From a virus, in the IMG/VR virus record IMGVR_UViG_3300010339_000161: a stretch of 12,381 bases of DNA; one strand, written 5' to 3'. Made by a program: the position numbers and the translations under genes. Under the pieces are notes generated by a model. That model ran no database searches and was not told where the DNA came from. It saw nothing but the letters and a program-made list of their open reading frames with translations. This document shows, one piece after another, positions 1 through 4,392 of this stretch (the first letter of the stretch is position 1; each line of letters starts with the position of its first letter).

Positions 1-339
1 CCAAGACGAAACGCCGCCTTGAGAGCGCGGAATCACGTGGTCAAGGGTGTACTCGTGGAGCTTGAGGCTCTTGGAGCAAAACTGGCACTCGCCGTTGTCG
101 CGGACGTAGATGTTGCGCCGCGAGAACGGGACCGACTGCTTCCGGCGCTTCACCCATGCGTTGCGCACACGGATGACGCGAGGCATGCCCATCTCGAAAG
201 ATGGGGAATGCAGCTTCTTGCCGGACTCGTCTTCCTTGATGACGTCGGCACGATCTTCGTAGATGTTTTTGACTGCGCGGTCCCACGAGCAGAAGCCCAC
301 GGGGCGGTAGTTCATGTCGAGAATCAAGCAATCTGCCAT
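1..339 (-). CDS. HNH endonuclease (partial; C-terminus lies beyond the window start)
   Basis: I translated the minus strand by hand: ATG at 339-337, open reading frame to position 1 with no stop. Protein reads MADCLILDMNYRPVGFCSWDRAVKNIYEDRADVIKEDESGKKLHSPSFEMGMPRVIRVRNAWVKRRKQSVPFSRRNIYVRDNGECQFCSKSLKLHEYTLDHVIPRSQGGVSSW. This contains the CxxC ... LDHVIPRSxGG core of the HNH family. SD-like GAGGGG sits about 7 nt upstream of the ATG. It is absent from the ORF track only because no stop falls inside the window. Confidence 0.8.
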   Translation of the reverse strand, partial: MADCLILDMNYRPVGFCSWDRAVKNIYEDRADVIKEDESGKKLHSPSFEMGMPRVIRVRNAWVKRRKQSVPFSRRNIYVRDNGECQFCSKSLKLHEYTLDHVIPRSQGGVSSW

Positions 340-471
340 AAATTCCCCTCTTTCCAAGGGTTAAAAAGCCAAAACAATTTTAGTTGACCTAGCCCTTTCC
401 TCGGACAAGAGTGAGGGTATTCCGGTTGCTCGGTCACTTGCGTGCCTGCCGCGTTTCATTCAACCAAAACT

Positions 472-547
472 TGGTGCGGGCGGCAGGGATTGAACCTGCG
501 ACCTTCGGTTTAAGAGACCGTTGCTCTCCCAACTGAGCTACGCCCGC
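472..547 (-). tRNA. tRNA-Lys (anticodon CTT), CCA encoded
   Basis: Reverse complement folds as a cloverleaf: acceptor GCGGGCG/CGCCCGC, D stem GCTC/GAGC, anticodon loop CTCTTAA, T arm GCAGG-TTCAATC-CCTGC, discriminator A plus CCA. The 27:43 position is an A:A mismatch. Confidence 0.85.
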
Positions 548-571
548 ATAACTTGCAAAGACTGTCCCGCA

Positions 572-793
572 TTATTCCGCAAACTTTTCAATGGACGCAT
601 CCGTGATTCCGAGGCGCGCCATCCAGATGCGGTCGAAATCCTTCGTGTCCGCCAGCCGCTGGGGCTTTTCGCCTTTGCGAAGGAACCACGTCCCCGGCTC
701 CAGCCCCGGAGGATCGGCCCAGACCATCGAGTCAGGGACGAACCCGTCTCTCAAGATCAGCCCGAACGCATCTGCTATGCTGCCGATGTCCAT
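572..793 (-). CDS. hypothetical small protein (73 aa) inside the tRNA array
   Basis: ATG start, GC3-rich codons (ATG GAC ATC GGC AGC ...), non-repetitive composition. The overlapping plus-strand ORFs are Arg-rich antisense-type sequence. No recognisable domain. Confidence 0.4.
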   Translation of the reverse strand: MDIGSIADAFGLILRDGFVPDSMVWADPPGLEPGTWFLRKGEKPQRLADTKDFDRIWMARLGITDASIEKFAE

Positions 794-822
794 ATCTTAC
801 AATACCACGAAACTTAAAATTT

Positions 823-860
823 TGGTGCCCCCGCCCGGATTCGAACCGAGACGTACGTGA
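823..860 (-). pseudogene. tRNA 3'-half remnant (T arm, acceptor 3' strand and CCA only)
   Basis: Reverse complement ends CTCGG-TTCGAAT-CCGGG-CGGGGGC-A-CCA, a perfect T arm plus acceptor 3' strand. No complementary GCCCCCG 5' strand, D arm or anticodon arm can be found in the following roughly 80 nt. The acceptor 3' strand would pair with the 5' strand of the Arg(ACG) gene at 1872-1958. Confidence 0.4.
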
Positions 861-938
861 GTCTTCTTGTGCTTCTCGTACCAACGTCGTTGGCATTCTT
901 TCTGGCTCATCCAGAATAATACCGTGTTTTCAAGAACT

Positions 939-1016
939 TGGTGAGTGCGAAGGGATTTGAACCCTTATCTTACCGGGTAAGAGCCGGATATGTTAAGCCA
1001 TTGACACCACGCACCC
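939..1016 (-). tRNA. tRNA-Lys (anticodon CTT), CCA encoded, 10-nt D loop
   Basis: Acceptor GGGTGCG/CGCACTC (one GU pair), anticodon stem with a 27:43 T:T mismatch, loop CTCTTAC, T arm AAGGG-TTCAAAT-CCCTT, discriminator A plus CCA. Confidence 0.75.
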
Positions 1017-1097
1017 ATTTCAAAACTCGCGTGGGGATTGGAGGATTTCACGAAACGTTCCGCCGATCAAGCGTCTATCTCCCCCCTAGAAGCCTTT

Positions 1098-1166
1098 CGC
1101 CGCCGTTGGATTCGAACCACGCCTTCCCCTCACAAGGGGCGTTCTACCAATTAAACTACCATCGGC
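1098..1166 (-). pseudogene. degenerate tRNA-His-like element (TTGTGAG loop, G-1/C73-type ends, T arm incomplete)
   Basis: 5' end G-CCGATGG pairs with CCAACGG-C, which is a His-type G-1:C73 arrangement. D arm GTTT/GAAC with an AATTGGTA loop, and a TTGTGAG loop as in tRNA-His. The anticodon stem has only 3-4 pairs, and TTCGAAT runs directly into the acceptor 3' strand with no T stem. About 9 nt shorter than a canonical tRNA. Confidence 0.4.
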
Positions 1167-1260
1167 TACTGGGCTTCAATCTTGTCGAACTTGTTGAGCG
1201 ACCCGCTTTGGTCGTCGCCCTCCTGTGAACGAAGTTGCCTTCTACGCGACCGCTCAAGCT

Positions 1261-1335
1261 TGGCTCACCCGGTAGGTGCCGACCCTACTGCATCCCGCTT
1301 AACAGGCGGGCGCTCTGCCGTTGAGCTACGGGTGA
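1261..1335 (-). tRNA. tRNA-Asn (anticodon GTT), CCA encoded, unusual T loop GTCGGCA
   Basis: Acceptor TCACCCG/CGGGTGA (U1:A72, G73, as in E. coli tRNA-Asn), D arm GCTC-AACGGCA-GAGC, anticodon arm CCCGC-CTGTTAA-GCGGG perfect, T stem GTAGG/CCTAC. Confidence 0.8.
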
Positions 1336-1339
1336 ATCT

Positions 1340-1425
1340 TGGCTGGGACGAGAGGATTCGAACCTCTAGTGACCGTAGTCGGTGGGATCAGAACCCACTG
1401 GGGTTGCCAATTTTCCTACGTCCCA
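1340..1425 (-). tRNA. tRNA-Gln-like (anticodon CTG) with a 14-nt variable arm, CCA encoded
   Basis: Acceptor TGGGACG/CGTCCCA with G73-CCA; these are the E. coli tRNA-Gln end signatures. Anticodon arm GTGGG-TTCTGAT-CCCAC, T arm AGAGG-TTCGAAT-CCTCT. A 14-nt insert, CGACTACGGTCACT, lies between the anticodon and T arms and folds as GAC-TACG-GTC (UNCG-type tetraloop). 86 nt in total, which is class-II length. Confidence 0.7.
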
Positions 1426-1596
1426 AAAAATCAGAGAGCCCTCGCGTCCGTGATTTCTCCTACTGTGGGTACCCAGTTCGGAGACCGAGCCCTGCGGCTC
1501 TAATCCGTGGCGCTGCACAGATGGTCTGCACTCGCCGTGCCTCTACATCGGCGCACCGTCCTCCATCGGGGTGTCGGTGCGGGACTCTTCTACACT

Positions 1597-1672
1597 TGGC
1601 TGGCACGGAGGGCCTCGAACCCCCATCGTCTCGGTTAACAGCCGAGCGACTTACCAATTAGCCCACATGCCA
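1597..1672 (-). tRNA. tRNA-Asn (anticodon GTT), CCA encoded
   Basis: Acceptor TGGCATG/CGTGCCA (U1:A72, G73), D arm GGCT-AATTGGTA-AGTC, anticodon arm CTCGG-CTGTTAA-CCGAG perfect, T arm GGGGG-TTCGAGG-CCCTC. Confidence 0.85.
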
Positions 1673-1681
1673 AAACTTTTG

Positions 1682-1867
1682 TTACGCCTTCGTGAAACCC
1701 GCCTTGCAAAACCCGCAGGGACAACCAACTGCATGAACCGTGGAGCCAGCCCGCATGGCGGCGGCCGCCTTGGCGATTGCCTCGTCGCTGCCATAGCCCA
1801 TGGCGGCGAAAAGGTCGGCTTTCAGTTTCGCGCGTTTCGTTTTTTGTTCCTTCGTTGCTTCGCTCAT
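1682..1867 (-). CDS. hypothetical small Lys/Ala-rich protein (61 aa) inside the tRNA array
   Basis: Internal ATG at 1867-1865, 5 nt downstream of the Arg(ACG) tRNA 3' end. Reads MSEATKEQKTKRAKLKADLFAAMGYGSDEAIAKAAAAMRAGSTVHAVGCPCGFCKAGFTKA. GC3-rich codon usage, stop TAA at 1684-1682. The longer track ORF 1682..1960 would overlap the tRNA. Confidence 0.4.
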   Translation of the reverse strand: MSEATKEQKTKRAKLKADLFAAMGYGSDEAIAKAAAAMRAGSTVHAVGCPCGFCKAGFTKA

Positions 1868-1871
1868 ACCT

Positions 1872-1958
1872 TGGTACCCCCGACAGGACTCGAACCTGCA
1901 TTCCCTTTCGGGCAGGACGTTCGTAGCGTCCGTGGCGTCCAATTGCCGACACGGGGGC
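1872..1958 (-). tRNA. tRNA-Arg (anticodon ACG) with a 14-15-nt variable arm, CCA encoded
   Basis: Acceptor GCCCCCG/CGGGGGT, anticodon arm GGACG-CTACGAA-CGTCC perfect, T arm GCAGG-TTCGAGT-CCTGT, A73-CCA. Extra arm TGCCCGAAAGGGAA folds as CCC-GAAA-GGG (GNRA tetraloop). 87 nt in total; the D region is irregular. Confidence 0.65.
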
Positions 1959-1968
1959 ATCTAAAATT

Positions 1969-2055
1969 TGGAACCCGAGACAGGGGTCGAACCTGCATAT
2001 CTTTTCAGAACACCGCGTTCGAAGCGCGGGGCCTATCCATTCGGTCCACTCGGGC
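1969..2055 (-). tRNA. tRNA-Arg (anticodon TCG) with a 16-nt variable arm, CCA encoded
   Basis: Acceptor GCCCGAG/CTCGGGT (G1:U72), anticodon arm CCGCG-CTTCGAA-CGCGG perfect, T arm GCAGG-TTCGACC-CCTGT, T73-CCA. Extra arm TGTTCTGAAAAGATAT contains TCT-GAAA-AGA. 87 nt in total. Confidence 0.65.
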
Positions 2056-2497
2056 AAAAACCCCATCGCCACGTGCCAAACTGTTTAGCTGTTCTTCGTT
2101 TGTGGCAGTTCGCACATCGCACGTCGCACTTCAAAATTTCTCGTTTCAGCTTACTGAAGTTGTGACTGCTCAGCAATTTTCCGATTTCAGCTTCTTTTTC
2201 CTCGCCGTCTCGGTGGTCAAATTCTAGAACAACTAAGTCTGTTTCTCCGCAACCAATACATGGATGTTCTTTGAAGTAAGCGAGCAGCCATTCACGAATT
2301 CGTTGTAGATATTTAGCGTCGTTCCGTTTCGCTTTGTCAAAGTAGTATTGCTTGTTACCAGCGTAATGTTCACGTCCATAAAGACGCTGGCAGTTTATGC
2401 AATACGAAAACCACCCTTTGCGTTTTCCTTTACGCTCTCGAAACTCTGCTATAGGCTTCGGTTCCCCGCCGCAGCGAATACAAATCTTTGTTTCCAT
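2033..2497 (-). CDS. HNH homing-type endonuclease (154 aa from the ATG at 2497; the track ORF extends to a GTG at 2530)
   Basis: Protein carries CIRCGG ... CINC ... CIGCGETDLVVLEFDHRDGEEK ... CANCHKRR, the two zinc-ribbon CxxC pairs and the His-Asn-His core of HNH nucleases. The locus is visibly AT-richer than its flanks. Its 3' end overlaps the 5' end of the Arg(TCG) tRNA by about 23 nt. Confidence 0.75.
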   Translation of the reverse strand: METKICIRCGGEPKPIAEFRERKGKRKGWFSYCINCQRLYGREHYAGNKQYYFDKAKRNDAKYLQRIREWLLAYFKEHPCIGCGETDLVVLEFDHRDGEEKEAEIGKLLSSHNFSKLKREILKCDVRCANCHKRRTAKQFGTWRWGFCPSGPNG

Positions 2498-2543
2498 AAC
2501 TTCTAATACTGGTTTAGAAGCAGGAACCACACTTTCTAAATTT
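2056..2543 (-). mobile_element. AT-rich island carrying a free-standing HNH endonuclease between two tRNA genes (homing-endonuclease-type insertion)
   Basis: Base composition drops visibly relative to the flanking tRNA genes (about 60% GC). Its only content is the HNH ORF, sitting between the Arg(TCG) and Arg(GCG) tRNAs, an arrangement known from free-standing seg/mob-type endonucleases in phage tRNA clusters. Confidence 0.45.
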
Positions 2544-2620
2544 TGGTGCTCGCGGGCAGATTCGAACTGCCAACCTCATCCTTCGCAGGGATGCGCTCTG
2601 ATCCGTTGAGCTACGCAAGC
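2544..2620 (-). tRNA. tRNA-Arg (anticodon GCG), CCA encoded
   Basis: Acceptor GCTTGCG/CGCGAGC, D arm GCTC-AACGGATCA-GAGC, anticodon arm CATCC-CTGCGAA-GGATG perfect, T arm GGCAG-TTCGAAT-CTGCC perfect, A73-CCA. Confidence 0.85.
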
Positions 2621-2626
2621 TAAACT

Positions 2627-2696
2627 TGGTAGTCCCGTCCGGGTACGATCCGGAATCCCAGCCTTCGGAGGGCTGTGCCCTGTCCATTTGGACTAC
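2627..2696 (-). pseudogene. anomalous tRNA-Arg-like element (anticodon CCG) with a truncated D arm and nonstandard T loop ATCGTAC
   Basis: Anticodon arm CAGCC-CTCCGAA-GGCTG, T arm TCCGG-ATCGTAC-CCGGA and acceptor 3' strand CGGGACT-A-CCA are all good. The 5' acceptor strand AGTCCAA pairs at only 5 of 7 positions, and only about 12 nt are available for the D arm. It is either a D-arm-deficient tRNA or a decaying paralog. Confidence 0.4.
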
Positions 2697-2708
2697 GGAA
2701 CCAAACTT

Positions 2709-2891
2709 CTAAGCCCCCGGCGTACCGCGCACGGTCGGGCGATTCGATAAAGACGGTGGACTGATCCTCTTCCCAAGCTCAGCCGCCCTCTTCGCCAAGG
2801 CCTGTTTCATCGAGCCCGGTTCGAGGTCGTTCGCGATCCTGCGCAAATTCGCGATCTCGGCTTTTATTTTCAATACTTCTAGTCTGTCCAT
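2709..2891 (-). CDS. hypothetical small helical protein (60 aa)
   Basis: ATG at 2891-2889 and stop TAG at 2709. Reads MDRLEVLKIKAEIANLRRIANDLEPGSMKQALAKRAAELGKRISPPSLSNRPTVRGTPGA. It lies in the 200-nt spacer between the tRNA-like element at 2627-2696 and tRNA-His. Confidence 0.3.
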   Translation of the reverse strand: MDRLEVLKIKAEIANLRRIANDLEPGSMKQALAKRAAELGKRISPPSLSNRPTVRGTPGA

Positions 2892-2912
2892 TGCACGTCT
2901 CTCTTTAAAATT

Positions 2913-2992
2913 TGGGGTGTCGTGCTGGATTTGAACCAGCGCATAACAGATTCACAGTCTGCCGTGTTAAACCAACCTTCACCAACGACACC
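2913..2992 (-). tRNA. tRNA-His (anticodon GTG) with genomically encoded G-1, CCA encoded
   Basis: G-1 plus GTGTCGT pairs with ACGACAC plus C73. Anticodon arm GCAGA-CTGTGAA-TCTGT, T arm GCTGG-TTCAAAT-CCAGC, and a large D loop. Confidence 0.8.
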
Positions 2993-3127
2993 ATCGGGAG
3001 CCGGAGCGCCTGTATAAGCACATCTCCTATTTGGCTAGGCTCTCGCCTTGCAAACACATGCGGGGACTTGCTATCGTCCTTTCGGAAACCAAGCACATAC
3101 CGCGCCTAGATTGGTTCCCCGCAAACT

Positions 3128-3203
3128 TGGGGTGGGCGGTCGGGGTCGAACCGACAACTACTGGTTCCACAGACCAGCGTTCTGCCATTGAACTACGCTC
3201 ACC
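3128..3203 (-). tRNA. tRNA-His (anticodon GTG) with encoded G-1, CCA encoded
   Basis: G-1 plus GTGAGCG pairs with CGCCCAC plus C73, with an A4:C69 mismatch. D arm GTTC-AATGGCA-GAAC, anticodon arm CTGGT-CTGTGGA-ACCAG (G37), T arm GTCGG-TTCGACC-CCGAC. Confidence 0.8.
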
Positions 3204-3210
3204 ATAAAAA

Positions 3211-3289
3211 TGGGTGACAGGAGGGAATCGAACCCTCGAAACGACGCCTTCACAGGGCGCGGACACATCCCAACACTGCCGACTGTCAC
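3211..3289 (-). tRNA. tRNA-His-like (anticodon GTG); no G-1:C73 pair, CCA not fully encoded
   Basis: Acceptor GTGACAG/CTGTCAC plus C73. Anticodon arm GCGCC-CTGTGAA-GGCGT, T arm GAGGG-TTCGATT-CCCTC, D stem GGCA/TGTC with an 11-nt loop. The base at -1 is T. Confidence 0.65.
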
Positions 3290-3449
3290 ATCTTGCGCAC
3301 CCGGCTGATCCACGGGCACGACTTAAACTTTCATCGACGGCGGTCAGTGTCTCGGCTGCCGCCGTCTGGCGAAGCAAGGCTGAAACGGACCCCGAGTGGT
3401 GCCGTTTCTCATCCGCAGGAGCGCGGGCGCTTCGCGTCTGTCAAGCTTT

Positions 3450-3525
3450 TGGCAGGGGCAGAGGGACTCGAACCCCCGTCGCATCGTTTTGGAGACGAGC
3501 ATAATAGCCGCTATACGATGCCCCT
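3450..3525 (-). tRNA. tRNA-Trp (anticodon CCA), CCA end encoded
   Basis: Acceptor AGGGGCA/TGCCCCT perfect, G73-CCA. Anticodon loop CTCCAAA on a 4-bp stem with a 27:43 C:T mismatch. T arm GGGGG-TTCGAGT-CCCTC. 73 nt without CCA. Confidence 0.8.
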
Positions 3526-3532
3526 AAAATGC

Positions 3533-3560
3533 AAAACCCACCGTTTCGGTGGGTCTGTTT
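3533..3560. terminator. intrinsic-terminator-like hairpin with U-tracts on both sides (bidirectional)
   Basis: Stem CCCACC (3537-3542) / GGTGGG (3548-3553), loop GTTTC. The plus strand is followed by TCTGTTT. On the minus strand it is followed by UUUUGCAUUUU, which runs directly into the tRNA-Trp 5' end. Confidence 0.5.
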
Positions 3561-3712
3561 ACTCGTGTTTTGGAGTCTACTTAATTGGTTGGCTCCCCAA
3601 CACAGAACAGACCTGCGCCGAACCAGCGGTTATTCCGCTGGCAGACTCCGCCCTGATGCTTTCGGGCGGTCGAATTGGCTTTTGTGAAGGTCATATTCTT
3701 CTCTACTGTCAT

Positions 3713-3742
3713 ATAATACACGAAGTCGGGAAATTTTGTCTA
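3713..3742 (-). promoter_or_regulatory. candidate sigma70-like promoter TAGACA-18 nt-TATTAT reading toward the tRNA array
   Basis: Minus-strand hexamers TAGACA (reverse complement of 3737-3742) and TATTAT (reverse complement of 3713-3718) with an 18-nt spacer. It lies in the 200-nt intergenic region between the last protein gene and the terminator and tRNA array. This is pattern matching only. Confidence 0.3.
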
Positions 3743-3761
3743 GTTTATTTTCAAGAAATTT

Positions 3762-4010
3762 TCAGCGGGTAAGGGGGTAGTGCTGCCCTTCGTGCGGCGG
3801 CTCGTCAAATTCCGGGGTTTTCCTGCCCTCTATCCCCTTTGCCACTGCGGTGATAGCCTTGAAAGTCTCGGTGTCCGAATTGACATGCGTCAGGCAGTCG
3901 CGCAGCCAATCAGCCGTTTCCTGCAACGCGGCGTTCCGCGCCTGCTTGCGCACCTTGTCGAGGGAATCTTCCTTGTACGTATAGCCGCCCCTAACTTTTT
4001 CGTCCGCCAT
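3762..4010 (-). CDS. hypothetical protein (82 aa from the ATG at 4010; alternative ATG at 4022)
   Basis: The ATG at 4010 sits 2 nt downstream of the upstream gene's stop and is preceded by GGGG. Protein reads MADEKVRGGYTYKEDSLDKVRKQARNAALQETADWLRDCLTHVNSD... Confidence 0.5.
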   Translation of the reverse strand: MADEKVRGGYTYKEDSLDKVRKQARNAALQETADWLRDCLTHVNSDTETFKAITAVAKGIEGRKTPEFDEPPHEGQHYPLTR

Positions 4011-4011
4011 G

Positions 4012-4392
4012 TCACACCCCATCGACCGTGAACGAGGGAACGTCAGTCTGGATCAGCGGCACCAACTGCCGCCATTCATACGGGATGTCTTCCGCGATGA
4101 TGCGGCGCAACTCTTTGGATGAGAGATGACCAAGCTGGTTGGCGCGGAGCAATGTGACCACCCCGGCGACTTCCTGCCCGCAAACGTCCTTGAACAGCAT
4201 CCAGATGTGCGAGCCGTAAAGCCCGAGGTCGTCCAAGCGCAAAATGTAAAGCAGCCCGCCCATAAAAGCGCCCGGGTCGATCCGCGGCACCTGCTTCACA
4301 AGCTCTATCAGGACAGTCAAGCCGCCGGGATTGCCTTCGCACATCTCCACGAGGGCGCTTTGCAAATTGTCGTCAAGACTTATTCTTCCCAT
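4012..4392 (-). CDS. hypothetical protein (126 aa)
   Basis: ATG at 4392 with a strong SD, AAGGAG, 7 nt upstream. Protein-like composition. Confidence 0.6.
   Translation of the reverse strand: MGRISLDDNLQSALVEMCEGNPGGLTVLIELVKQVPRIDPGAFMGGLLYILRLDDLGLYGSHIWMLFKDVCGQEVAGVVTLLRANQLGHLSSKELRRIIAEDIPYEWRQLVPLIQTDVPSFTVDGV

Noticed and set aside
19-387. Plus-strand ORF of 122 aa at the left edge (and 41..331 minus in another frame).
   Set aside because: The minus-strand frame beginning at 339 encodes a textbook HNH endonuclease with a good SD. The plus-strand product is Ala-, Val- and Arg-rich antisense-type sequence.
521-2227. Plus-strand ORFs 521..817, 591..860, 938..1228, 1182..1661, 1571..2227 and 1968..2165, and minus ORFs 1460..1657 and 1635..2072.
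   Set aside because: They run straight through tRNA genes or are Arg-, Pro- and Ser-rich low-complexity translations of GC-rich DNA. They have no RBS and are incompatible with the tRNA calls.
3290-3449. A possible additional tRNA in the 160-nt gap between the third tRNA-His and tRNA-Trp.
   Set aside because: There is no T-loop-like motif and no 7-nt anticodon loop. Only an outer 7-bp stem and two hairpins are present (reported as a structured spacer instead).
472-3525. Periodic ggattcgaacc / gggttcga-type repeats, spaced about 80-300 nt apart, could be mistaken for a CRISPR array or a dispersed repeat family.
   Set aside because: Each one sits at the T-arm position of a foldable tRNA (GGTTCGAATCC on the coding strand). 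Spacing and flanks are irregular, and there is no repeat-spacer regularity, so there is no CRISPR here.
3683-3717. A plus-strand promoter, TTGTGA ... TATAAT (perfect -10 at 3712-3717).
   Set aside because: The spacer between the candidate -35 and -10 is about 24 nt, and there is no credible plus-strand gene downstream. The same AT-rich patch is better read as the -10 region of a minus-strand promoter.
2905-3772. ORFs 2905..3096(-), 2912..3109(+), 3027..3377(-), 3214..3504(+) and 3293..3772(+).
   Set aside because: All overlap tRNA-His or tRNA-Trp genes or the structured spacers, their composition is implausible, and they are treated as noise.
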